Shown here in pieces: positions 26,401 to 36,985 of a stretch of DNA of 64,000 nucleotides (position 1 is the first letter of the stretch; every line of letters begins with the position of its first letter). Made by a program: the position numbers and the translations under genes. The notes under the pieces were generated by a model. It was not told the DNA's origin and did not search any database. It saw nothing but the letters and a program-made list of their open reading frames with translations. The stretch covers positions 248,001 through 312,000 of the forward strand of contig NIVC01000897.1 in NCBI GenBank assembly GCA_002269645.1, written 5' to 3'. The stretch comes from Macrostomum lignano. Its lineage: Eukaryota.

Positions 26401-26999
26401 CCCAAAGCCTACTTTCCAGGTTGTTTAAGTCTTAACAAGTAGCAATTGCTTAGCTTCAATGCTCTGCTGAATTTGAGCAACTTTTTTTGAAAGTTTTCAT
26501 TTTTTCAGCACAAGAATTGTTATTGCTTTCGATAGGAGGCGGACCCAATGTTCATCTAATGTTATGCTGTGCCTTTCTTATAGCTCTATTGATATTCATA
26601 AAGCTTTTTGTTCAGAAAATTAGATTCCATATTAATTTTTATTCTACATACATTCGTAAATGTCCTGTGCTTAAAAACCAGTAAAATGGCACGGCTCGTC
26701 TTATTAGTTTTATGGATTTATTTTATCATTCTTGGCTGACTGTGTAACAATATGTGTAACAGAGATGATCAAATAGATTAATAAAACCAGAGTCGAGCTG
26801 TGCCATGCATTTTCATGACTTTTAGGTACAGGGAATGTACGCAGAACAAAAAGCTTTATGAATATCAATAGAGCTATTAGAGAGCTATAAAGATAAACAA
26901 CAAATGTTGTGCTAAAAAAATTAATAGTTCCTATCTCCGCAGTGTATTTTTCGGCAAAAACGAGCTTCCTTAACATTTTCTAAGAGACGCAGTTTTCCA

Positions 27000-27960
27000 T
27001 CCTTTCAGTTAAGTAGTCCTTGTTTGCATTATGTGCCCTACTACTAGGGAAAATGGGGGGCACTCTTGTCTCCTCAGTGTGGTGTCTGGCCTGTTAAGTG
27101 CTCTTGCACTTTTTGAGTTGTTTTTGCGTGCGCCGTAGGCGGCCATCTCCAGACCGGTTGGGGGGGGGGGGCGCTTGGCCCAGCTTGAGTCTTTCCCCGC
27201 GGCGGCCACTGATTGGCTGGGCTTGTGTTTTTCTTTTCTGGCCCCCAGTCAATCAGATCTGCTCGGCGGGCACACTGATTGGCTGAGGGGTCGTCTCTTT
27301 TGTTTGGCGTCTCTCACTCGCGCTGTCTGCCCCTCTACCCCGTTAAGTGGTATATAGTGCTCAAGCCTGGCCCAGCCAGCTCCCCACACTCCGCTCCGCG
27401 CCCCGCGCCTAGCTCTCCAAACTAAACTAGCGATACTCAAGCGAGCCGTGTATATACGGTCCCTTACTGCGAGGACTCTATTGATTGGAAGCAAATAAAG
27501 CGGTCAAGTGGTGGCGATATTCGAACGAGCTCCACAGTTTCTGGCACCGGTAAGATCCCCGAGTTCATTCGCTTCTTTAGCTTTTCCGAGGCCTTGCCGT
27601 AGCAGTGATTCCATAGCTAGAGCGTCATCACGCCTGCGACTGTGACCACTGCAGCAGAGCAGCGTTGTATATTGTGTATTATTGTAGTACTGTACCGGTT
27701 ACTTTATATAGTGTGTACAACCTACAGTATCGAAACTAGAAGAACCCGAGAGTGTCACCACACCTCGAGCCGCAGCGTGAACTCTGAGTGTCACAACACC
27801 AGAGGATCGAACTATTATCGCAGAGCGTCGTCACGCCTGCTCGTATCCATAAAAGTACAGACAGAGCGTCACTACGCCTGTTATATTACGTATAAAATAT
27901 TGTACTCGGGACTGGGCGCCCAAATCCCAAACCGACCCGGGTTACGACATCAGCAAAGCA
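27000..27960 (+). mobile_element. Putative LTR/promoter-like insert in ZFAND intron, antisense to the host gene
   Basis: CpG-rich block with GATTGG (CCAAT) motifs at ~27210, 27277 and 27483, TATATAG at ~27351, AATAAA at ~27495, and three GAGCGTC..CACGCCTG-like repeats (27620, 27823, 27864). No TSD or second LTR found. Confidence 0.3.
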
Positions 27961-28093
27961 TGGAAAGCAGTTTGCATTTCGCACTTCGCTTACACTCTCA
28001 GTTGGATAATAGAACTGTTGTTAGTCTCAGTTAATTTGTTTTATAACTTTACTGCGAAGGTTCTCATTCCTGTGGCAGCAGCCAATAACTCAC

Positions 28094-28262
28094 AAGATGC
28101 TGCAGAATGCATTACAGGCGCAGGCACCTGCGGCTGGCCCTTGGATAGGGCCTGCTTGAAGCAGACACTGCACAGGCCATCAAACTGGTTGGAGCCATAG
28201 AAGCCACAGCCATTCTTGCAGAACACAGTGGCCAGTGGCTGCTGATTATCATTCTCAGACAT
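28094..28262 (-). CDS. ZFAND5/6: A20/AN1 zinc-finger protein, first coding exon (A20 finger)
   Basis: MSENDNQQPLATVFCKNGCGFYGSNQFDGLCSVCFK is an A20 finger (C-x3-C-GFYG...C-x2-C). Donor T|GTGAGT at 28093. The four exons total 600 nt = 199 aa + stop. An upstream ctgcAG implies a 5'UTR intron. Confidence 0.95.
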
Positions 28263-28987
28263 GATGATGATAGAGAGCTAAGCTGCAGTTGGGTCTGATG
28301 AAATATTAACAATTATTTTTTAAAATTATTTTGCCCTGTGTTGCAATTGGCTAAGCCTCCTGCAGCACTGCAGACCATGCAATAAAAAAACTAATCTATT
28401 AAATTTTTATACAACTATAAAAGTACTTATTATACTTTTTTAAATGAAAACTTATTATAATCTTATGCATAATGTTATAGTATAAGGCCAGTCTTTAAAC
28501 CATAAACATAGCTGTTAGGCAGAATTATGGCTTCATCTTAAATCATCATATTTTCATAGTTGTAGTCATAAGAACAGTTTTTGGAACATAGGAACATTTG
28601 TTACTATCATAGATATTTATTTTACTATAGTTGCCATAGTAACTATGTCAAAAATCATTTTTATACAATAAAATTTGCACTGATTATGATTAATAAATAG
28701 TTATGCTTACCTTCTCACCAGGTAACTATTAGATATGATCAACTTTTTTGGTATAAGGATCTTAAAATCAGGGATCTTGGCTCTACCTAATTTTGCCCAA
28801 TCTTTATATCTGCCTATACTCATATATTAGATAGATCCCAATCTCACTCATGCAATTGTTAAATCCTAGGGTATGAGCAAAAATTGGATCTTGATCATAA
28901 AATTTTTTATACAATTGAATTTCTATCAAGATCAGAATATTAGAATAATAGTTATATACATGCACAATTCCTTTAATCTACACTGGC

Positions 28988-29187
28988 AATGTAACTTACC
29001 TATGAAAGAAACCCTAAAGCAAAAATTATTGAAATTTAGGATAAATAGCAGGATTAACTATGACTGTCTTATTACTTAGGCTAAATGTCTTATAATTTAA
29101 TTAGTACTACATTTTCATGTGTTTTTTTTATCAATTTACCTTGGCTGGGCCTCTCACCAACTAGATTAGCTGGGTGTTGTGCATGTA
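28988..29187 (+). repeat. Dispersed repeat copy B with a degenerate 28S rRNA fragment (29039-29105), CpG-eroded
   Basis: Identical ACTTACCTATGAAAGAAAC with copy A. GGATAAATAGCAGGATTAACTATGACTGTCTT...TTAATTAGTAC aligns to 28S and to copy A. Ends with GGTGTTGTGCATGTA versus GGTGTTGCGCATGTA in copy A. Confidence 0.65.
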
Positions 29188-30686
29188 TGGATACTTATAG
29201 AAAATTCTTTGCTTTTTATTGCCAAAAAATCATAATAATTAAAAAGGAAAAAGTATTTTGGGAATTTTGGTTCCTATATGATTTTTAGTAAGCTTACTTA
29301 AAATCTTAATATCCCAATTTGCTTTTTGTTGATCCAGTTTATAACTTTGCAAGATCTAATAAATAAAACAATTTTATTATGCTTTAAATCTTTATTTTAC
29401 CTAAATAAAATAAATATCAGATTTTTTTATCTGATATTTTTGTTTTTCTTAAATGTACAAAATAGAAAAAAAGCTTTAGCTTAATAAGTAAGATTTAAAA
29501 ACTTATATTTTTGTGTATAGGACTGTTTTTATAAATACTGATTATAGTTAATTTTATTATCAGTATCTTAATCTTAATATTATTTGCTTAGCATTAAAAT
29601 GAAAAATTCATGCCAAATTCTTTCCAGTATTTGGCCACATACATGCACAACCTTAGGAATCACTTGGCAATTTCTATTGACAACACACATATAAGTTGCT
29701 ATTTATTAGCTGAGAGTAGTCATGTGACTACTATTCTATTTTCTATTAAAATTAAATAGTCTATTAATTGCTATATAAAAGGTTATAGGAAAGGTTAAGG
29801 TAAATATAAAGGTAAGTAAAGGTTATGGGACCCAACTAAATGACCATGCCAATTAAATAATTGATTGACTATTGTCAGCAGTTGCAATAAAACAGGAGAA
29901 ATTTTGTTGAGATTTGTCTGTATCATCTATCTATTTAAGCAATAAACATATTATTATTAGCAATACCAACTATAGCTAAAAAAGCCAAGATAACTATGGC
30001 TAATAAAGCAACTAAATGAAATGATGACTGATGACTAAAATAAGTAAAGAAATATATACAGTTTATGTGACTAAGAATGTAGCTTGATTTTTATTGCCTA
30101 AGATTTATTAGTAGTCTATTTATTGCTCAGTGACAAACTGCATTTTTGATTTCTAACTTTCTAGATTGCTACTACCTGATAAGTAGGTTTGAGAAGTAAA
30201 AACTTTAGATGGGGAATCTGACAAATCTATATTTTTAAACTTGCCAATATATGTAAAGTACTTGTAAGTGTAATTTTTTTTCAATTGGTATTGCAGCATT
30301 GGTATCATATATTATTTTAGTTACCTAATTAGCTAAACACTGATAACAGATATAATTAAAACTTTGATTGAAAAATGTGTTCAATTATATATTTCTACCT
30401 ATTTTGTTACACACAAACTATGCATGGAAATTTGGGACCTGCATGGAAATTTTTTGATAGGCCTAGCTCAATACTAATAGAAACACTAAAGTATCTAACA
30501 ATATTTTGAAAATTAGAGGCTCCTAGAATTTTTATTCTTATTTAATCTGCTAGTAATCAATGCAATAAAAATTTTGACACCTCATTTGTAAAATTTGATT
30601 AAGCTAAAAGTTATAGCAATTTTAGTTAAGTGTTTCAATTTTTTAACAATTTTTGAGTGATATGAACAAGAAGACAAAGAAGCATA

Positions 30687-31000
30687 CGAGTAAAAACTGG
30701 TTGATGAAGAATAAGAACAAGACTGACGGAAGACTAATCGGATATACCGAGCAAAATCGAGCCAATAATTTGTCAGCATTAGGTGTGTTAATTCATGTTG
30801 GTTTAGCCTACTAAATAAACTTAAGAGGTTACTACTATTTAGTAAGTAACTTTTTGTTTTAACCGATACAACGAGCCTGTTATTTTCAGAAACCGGAAGC
30901 TAAAAAACTTATCCGATGAATACTATAGATTAGGAGGCTTTTCATATTACCAATTCCAAAATCAGAATCGGTTCGGATCTTCCAAGAAAAACAGCAATAT
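30687..31000. promoter_or_regulatory. Probable ZFAND promoter/TSS region (CpGs reappear; ETS-like ACCGGAAG at ~30891)
   Basis: Sharp return of CpGs at 30687 at the upstream edge of the CpG-free intron, between divergent genes. Inference only. Confidence 0.3.
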
Positions 31001-32570
31001 AATAACTATTTAATTCTGTTGAATGTTTGACTGCCTTAACAACCTCACTTAGCACAATTTTTCACTTTCTTCTTGGCAATTGTCATTCTATAATAAAAAC
31101 TTTATAGCACGTATCTTCCTCTAGTTATGGAGACAAAAAGTTATACTTCACAAATTGGTTCTGGTTCTGGAACCAGAACAAGCAATATGAAAAGGCCCTA
31201 GATCGCAAATGCTCTGGCTCTCGTGCATCTCGCCTTGAGTATGATTCACGATAATAGTTAAAAAGAAAAAGAGGACCTTCAGTTTCACTTTACTGAAAAG
31301 GCGATGGAGAAAGCTGAAACATTAACATACACATATCTATGGAGAATTTTTCAGCTGGGTCTGAGTTCCTGCACTTCTCATAAGCAGCAATTAAAAGACC
31401 TATTTAAAAGATTCGGCTGGTTCACTGGTGGCAAAAACAGTAGCAGTGTATTATCTTCACATACGAAACGCACATGTAACTACGGACACGTAAATATAAG
31501 ACACGACCTATATAAGAGTTTACTAATTCTACGTGTGTTAATCCAATTGATTCTACAGCAGCACTAGTCTGTTTGCAAGGACGCTATCCGTCCGGGCAGT
31601 AGTATTATTACGAGGAAAGGCATCAGGCCTAGCATTATTAGATGATAAAAAATACCGATAAGTAACAGGATTTGTAATTTTCCGATCGGCCGGAAGGATT
31701 CCATGCGCAAACGCTGTCATCAATACATGCATGTATCCAACATTAAAATATATAAAACAATTTCCTGTCTAGTTAATTGAATGGAAATTCGAGCCTTCAA
31801 AAATTTCAAAAATGACGTATAGCTAAGTAGATTATTAAGATTTAGTAGGTGGATTTTTAGTATATCTGATTGCCATCCTGAAGTTACAAGCTATTTTAGC
31901 CCTTCTTTTAGAATTGTGGGCTAAAACTTGAATACATGTACATGCAGTAGAAGAATTGTACCAACAATTGCTTTTTTCTGTGAAAACGCATTCGTACTTT
32001 TTCATGCACGGGCTAGATAGATATGAAGGTCAAAGCAATTGCAGCCACGGGACCTGGTAAATTTTGTTGCAATTCTAAAAAGGAAAACGAATTAACTGAC
32101 GGTAAGCAAAGCGAGAGATAGAAGAGAAGGGAGGGCGGCATTGATTGGCACGCCAGAGGGTGTGTAGCAGGCATTGACTATAAGAAGGTTGGGTGGGGCA
32201 ATTGCGCACTCATTTTCGTCTTGCTCAGAAAAAATCTGTGCACAACTGAGGGCGAGTCGCTTTCGCTAGTTATGAAAAATTAGCATATACAAAGTATTTC
32301 CACTGCGCTTTGGGGACGATAGCATATCTATAAATTTACATGCCAGTAGGCTTGAATTACCGCTTGCAAACGTCTCTCAGCCAATGTTGCCACTGGTTGC
32401 CATGGCAAAGTTATTCTTAATGTTTATCTTATCGGAAGCCTGATCTCATACTTGAGATTCTTATGCTAATTTAGAGAAACGTTAAGAAAACGCGACCAAA
32501 GTCTCAAGTCATAAAGCTGAGACATTCAACGCGTTTGCTGTTCACAATAGAATTCTGCGAAAAAAGAAAA

Positions 32571-33374
32571 ATGCTTCCCAGCAGTCTTCAAGTCTCACTG
32601 TTGCTGCTACTTGTCCTGACTGTCTCCAGCTCTCAGGCCCTTAGCTGGGAACAGGAGCGGCTACAGTGGCTAGTGGTGACACCACCAAACGCGCGCAACG
32701 TACAATTGAACTGCACCTCAGAGTACATCTATCCGTTCCGCTTGTTGAATGACAGCTCCATTATTGGAGCCCTGGGCAGCCCTGTGCAGCAGGTCTGGTG
32801 GATTCTGCCTGACGGCAGGGTCGCCAACGAGACCTACAACGACGGCAATCGGCAAGTGGTGGACCGCGGCGTCGGGCTGCAAGTGCAGGACGTCACTGAA
32901 AGCGTGTTCGGCCTGTACCACTGCGCTGTGCGGGCCGCCACCTACATCAACGACACTCTGCTGAACTACACGGTCAACTCTGTGTACTACTACAAGCGCG
33001 GCTTGAACCTGTACGGAGCCGACTTGTACGGCGGAGACCTCTGGGCGAAGTACCAGCGGAACACCCTGATTGGCAGCCTGACAGCTGGCATCTTCCTCAT
33101 CCTGGTGGCTGCCTACGCCCTGCTAGACCGGTTCGGCGTCCTGGCCAAGTGCTTCGGCTCCAACGCCGTCGAGGCCGCGCCAAGCGTTGTCGAAATCGGA
33201 GAGGGCTCGCCGAAGGCGGCGGAGGCAAAGTCGGCCGAAGCAAATGCGCCGGACGCGGACGCTAACGAGCTGTCGCCGACGGCTTCGGCGGTGGAGACTT
33301 CCAGGGCGTCGGTTCGATCCCGGAAGTCGGACAAGGTGGCGCCGGCTGAGACGGAGGCTGAGACAGTCGCTTAA
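32571..33374 (+). CDS. Intronless type I membrane protein: signal peptide, one Ig-like domain, TM helix, acidic Ala/Glu-rich tail (267 aa)
   Basis: Signal peptide MLPSSLQVSLLLLLVLTVSSSQA. Ig pattern: VQLNC, WWILPDG, LQVQDVTESVFGLYHC. TM LIGSLTAGIFLILVAAYALL. Five N-x-S/T sequons. GC3-rich codons like the other genes. Confidence 0.88.
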   Translation: MLPSSLQVSLLLLLVLTVSSSQALSWEQERLQWLVVTPPNARNVQLNCTSEYIYPFRLLNDSSIIGALGSPVQQVWWILPDGRVANETYNDGNRQVVDRGVGLQVQDVTESVFGLYHCAVRAATYINDTLLNYTVNSVYYYKRGLNLYGADLYGGDLWAKYQRNTLIGSLTAGIFLILVAAYALLDRFGVLAKCFGSNAVEAAPSVVEIGEGSPKAAEAKSAEANAPDADANELSPTASAVETSRASVRSRKSDKVAPAETEAETVA

Positions 33375-33633
33375 TTATGAAGAAACCAATGAATTAATGA
33401 AGAGATAAAGTGAAGGCATGTGAATATGAATTGAACAGATAATTGTTTTGCCCTTTGTTTGTCCCATGCGCCCATCAATAGTTTTGATTCTCTATTCTAC
33501 AATTGTCGATTTTCCGATATCTCAAGTTTAGATTAGCAACAATATTAACACCCATAGAATGCTGGTAGAGTCGCTCGCTTGGCGAGAAGAATAAATAGAA
33601 AGCTTAATATCAACATTTGAATATAATTACAAT

Positions 33634-33691
33634 TTCTAACAACTTCAACGCGTTTCGCACGCCATGGTGCATCGTCAGGATTTTATTAGAA
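33634..33691 (-). ncRNA. Type I hammerhead ribozyme in the PLE 3' region (element-sense copy)
   Basis: CTGACGA core, stem II GCAC/GTGC, GAAA, palindromic minimal stem III ACGCGT, GUU cleavage triplet, stem I TTCTAATAA..TC / GA..TTGTTAGAA. Confidence 0.75.
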
Positions 33692-33975
33692 CGATTTGAG
33701 AAAGTGAGATTGAAAGCGATTGATTAAATATTGGTTTTTGCAACGTACACAGGTAAGGAGGGTAAGATTTAAAACAATTGATTACAACTTGGCTTTAACA
33801 ACATACATAGGTATAGTAGGTAGGAGAGAGAATTATAGATTGAGAATGAAAGTTAAACCAAATGTACACAATTCTTGTCCAGTGGTCAAAAGGCAGAATC
33901 AGGGGCGGTAGCTAGCTTAGGTAATTGAACGTCAAGCTAAGTGTACACAGCGTGCACGACTGTGTCACTCACTGT

Positions 33976-35601
33976 TCAGAAAACGCGGAGAACGTGACCT
34001 GCACCACTATGTTGTAATTGGGTGTTGAGATTCGGGGTCTGAGCTTTTATGTGCAGGGCCTCGAGAATTCTAAGTTTGGCGTCAGTATGGCTTTGGTCAA
34101 TGATTTTAAAGTGTTCTTCTGGTTTGCAGTCATTGCAGTTAGTGCATTCAAGGAGGTGAGTTTGTATAGCGGATGGTTTGAGCCAGTGTTCCCTGATCCT
34201 CGTGTGTAGGTGTCTTTTGGTTTTCCCCACGTAGGAGACGCTCTGGTCCACAGAGCAGTTAAATTGGTAGACAACACCTGCACGCAGAGTACAAGGAACA
34301 CGCGACTTTAATCTGCTAACAAAGTTCCCAATCTTGTTCGTGTGGAAGACGACCCGGATGTTACGATTGAAAGAGGCAAAGAATAACCTACGCATTCTGT
34401 TTTTAAAGGCTAGAGATGGAGGTCCGAGGAAGGGGAGACGCAGAATGGGTTCAAATTCTTCAGTGGTGACAGATTGCTCAGGTTTTTGTTTGGTGATTTT
34501 GTCCGAGATGAACTTGTTGACGATTTTTTGGACCAGACAAACGGGGTAGTCATTTTGATGGAACAGTCTGGTGAGGAACTGCACCTCCCGGTCAAAGTTG
34601 ATCCAGGTGTTACAGGTAGTGAAAGCTCTATGGAGCAAACACCTCACGAGCCCAGTTTTCCATTGTCTGGGGCAAGTGGCTTGGAAGTTGAGAATGAGAT
34701 TGGTAAAGCTTTTCTTACGGAAGACTTTTGTGGAGAGGGTTTCCTTACTGTAGTCAATGTCAATGTCCAGGAAGGGGAGTCTTTGGTCAACAGCATGTTC
34801 AACCGTGAATTTTATGTTCTTATGAGTGGAGTTGAGAGCGTGGAGGAACTGATCAATTTTTTGCTCATGATCAAAGATGGCAAACGTATCGTCGACGTAG
34901 CGCCTGTAGAATTTGGGGGCACAGTTGAGAGACATCCAGTTTTCGGTTTCCCAATGGGCCAAGCAGACGTTCGCCAGAGTGGGGGCCAAGGGGCTTCCCA
35001 TGGCACAGCCATCAACTTGCCTATAGTATTTATTGTCAAACATAAAGATTCCAGAGGTAGCAAAGCCCAGGAGTTTTCTAAAGGACGACTTGGCCATGGT
35101 GGGAGGGTTCGTGTTATACACCAATTCAGTGGCATAGTCAATGGCCAGATCAAGGGGGATGTTGGTGAAGAGAGAAACAACATCAAAACTACATAGAGAG
35201 TCGGATCTGTTGAGCGTAGGGTTGAACTTTTGAAGGTCATTGAGGAAGTCTTTGTTGGATTTGGACATGAAATTGGAAGGAATGCAGGGCTTGATAAGAG
35301 AATCCAGGTACTTGGCAACTTCGTATTCGGCGGTGTTGACCATGGAGACAATTGGTCTAAGAGGATTGTCAGGTTTGTGGACTTTACAAACTCCGTAGAG
35401 TTGTCCGGGTTGACTGCCACTAGGTAAGATACGCTGATAGATGTTTGGTTCGATGTGTTGTTTGATATGGTTGCGGAGGAAATTTTGAAGAGATCGTTCG
35501 GCTTTGAGGATGGGATGCGACATGGTGACAGTGTCATGAGTGCCCAGGCACTGGAATTTGGTTTGGTCTTGGATGATACTGTGGAGTTTATTGTTATATT
35601 T
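33976..35601 (-). CDS. Penelope-like reverse transcriptase + GIY-YIG endonuclease, N-terminally truncated (open upstream of the 35523 Met)
   Basis: Motifs YGVCKVHKPDNPLRPIVS, SFDVVSLFT, GCAMGSPLAP, RYVDD, LPFLD. GIY-YIG region GVVYQFNC...SYVGKTKRHLHTRIREH...LRILEALHI. No internal stops. Confidence 0.95.
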   Translation of the reverse strand, partial: KYNNKLHSIIQDQTKFQCLGTHDTVTMSHPILKAERSLQNFLRNHIKQHIEPNIYQRILPSGSQPGQLYGVCKVHKPDNPLRPIVSMVNTAEYEVAKYLDSLIKPCIPSNFMSKSNKDFLNDLQKFNPTLNRSDSLCSFDVVSLFTNIPLDLAIDYATELVYNTNPPTMAKSSFRKLLGFATSGIFMFDNKYYRQVDGCAMGSPLAPTLANVCLAHWETENWMSLNCAPKFYRRYVDDTFAIFDHEQKIDQFLHALNSTHKNIKFTVEHAVDQRLPFLDIDIDYSKETLSTKVFRKKSFTNLILNFQATCPRQWKTGLVRCLLHRAFTTCNTWINFDREVQFLTRLFHQNDYPVCLVQKIVNKFISDKITKQKPEQSVTTEEFEPILRLPFLGPPSLAFKNRMRRLFFASFNRNIRVVFHTNKIGNFVSRLKSRVPCTLRAGVVYQFNCSVDQSVSYVGKTKRHLHTRIREHWLKPSAIQTHLLECTNCNDCKPEEHFKIIDQSHTDAKLRILEALHIKAQTPNLNTQLQHSGAGHVLRVF

Positions 35602-35781
35602 GGTTTAACATTTGGTTTAACTTTCATTCTCAATCTATAATTCTCTCTCCTACCTACTATACCTATGTATGTTGTTAAAGCCAAGTTGTAATCAATTGTT
35701 TTCAATCTTACCCTCCTTACCTGTGTACGTTGCAAAAACCAATATTTAATCAATCGCTTTCAATCTCAATTTCTCAAATCG

Positions 35782-35839
35782 TTCTAATAAAATCCTGACG
35801 ATGCACCATGGCGTGCGAAACGCGTTGAAGTTGTTAGAA
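35782..35839 (+). ncRNA. Type I hammerhead ribozyme, second copy in the inverted 5' arm
   Basis: TTCTAATAAAATC-CTGACGA-TGCACCATGGCGTGC-GAAA-CGCGTT-GAAGTTGTTAGAA read directly on the + strand. Confidence 0.75.
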
Positions 35840-36423
35840 ATTGTAATTATATTCAAATGTTGATATTAAGCTTTCTAACACCCATAGGGCACACTAATGA
35901 GTTTTTCCTCAAGTTGCAGCAACAATAGACGCCTATTTATAGAACAAATACAACTAAAAAGAAGACTGTTTTATGCCTGTAAATTTAAAACTCCAAGTTG
36001 CTTTATTGTAGAAAATGAGTTTCATTTGATGAGCTTATTAAGCTAGCTCAGAAACGTTAATTGTTTTTAAAAAAAGTAATACACCTTAATTACATGTATA
36101 TATAGTTAGAATCGACCTCTTATAACTATTAGATAGACACCTCAGAAAGTCAAATGGAATCTACATGGCAAATTTAAATGGTCCCAGCCGTCGCCTCAGA
36201 CTTGCCCCCCCCCCCCCCGAGATCCTCGGGGAGTTTCCCCAGTTCAAATTTGCTGTGTCGCAATTTCAATGAGCAGACGTTTAAAGTAGCAGTCGTTTTG
36301 GTAATTCACAATACTACTTAGGACGCAAATACTACTAATACCAATATGTGAAGAATGATATAAAACAAAAAAATAAATTAGACCTATAACTGAGAAATAT
36401 GTGGGTTGGATAGAAAATCCTTC

Positions 36424-36985
36424 CACTTGATGGTTGATATCCTCACACTGGATGGTGGATATCCTCACACTGGATAGTGGATATCCTCACACTGGATAGT
36501 GGATATCCTGTCACTGGATGATGGATATCCTCATACTGGATAGTGGATATCCTCATACTGGATAGTGGATATCCTCACACTGGATAGTGGATATCCTCAC
36601 ACTGGATAGTGGATATCCTGTCACTGGATGATGGATATCCTGTCACTGGATGGAGGATATCCTGTCACTGGATAGTGGATATCCTCACACTGGATAGTGG
36701 ATATCCTGTCACTGGATGGTGGATATCCTGTCACTGGATGGTGGATATCCTTCCACTGGATATCCTTCCACTGGATGGTGGATATCCTTCCACTGGATAT
36801 CCTTCCACTGGATGGTGGATATCCTTCCACTGGATATCCTTCCACTGGATGGTGGATATCCTTCCACTGGATATCCTTCCACTGGATGATGGATATCCTC
36901 ACACTGGATAGTGGATATCCTATCACTGGATAGTGGATATCCTCACAGGGGATCGTGGATATCCTCACAGTGGATCGTGGATATC
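36424..36985. repeat. Minisatellite, 22-bp unit (ACTGGATAGTGGATATCCTCAC) with shorter variants
   Basis: Direct tandem repetition. Confidence 0.95.

Larger units (their letters stand above)
33558..35875 (-). mobile_element. Penelope-like element (Penelope/Poseidon type), 5'-truncated, with inverted terminal arms and a 12-bp TSD
   Basis: TSD TAACACCCATAG at 33546-33557 and 35876-35887. 270-bp inverted arms at 33596-33865 and 35608-35877 (2 mismatches seen). RT plus GIY-YIG ORF between them. Confidence 0.95.

Noticed and set aside
27514-27530. TGGTGGCGATATTCGAAC as a tRNA primer-binding site
   Set aside because: Spacing between TGG and TTCGAA is too short for a tRNA 3' end, and no clear LTR terminal CA precedes it.
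34812-35753. 313-aa ORF and other alternative frames over the PLE
   Set aside because: Alternative frames of the RT gene plus the inverted arm. Its N-terminus is duplicated at 33720-33911 only because of the inverted repeat.
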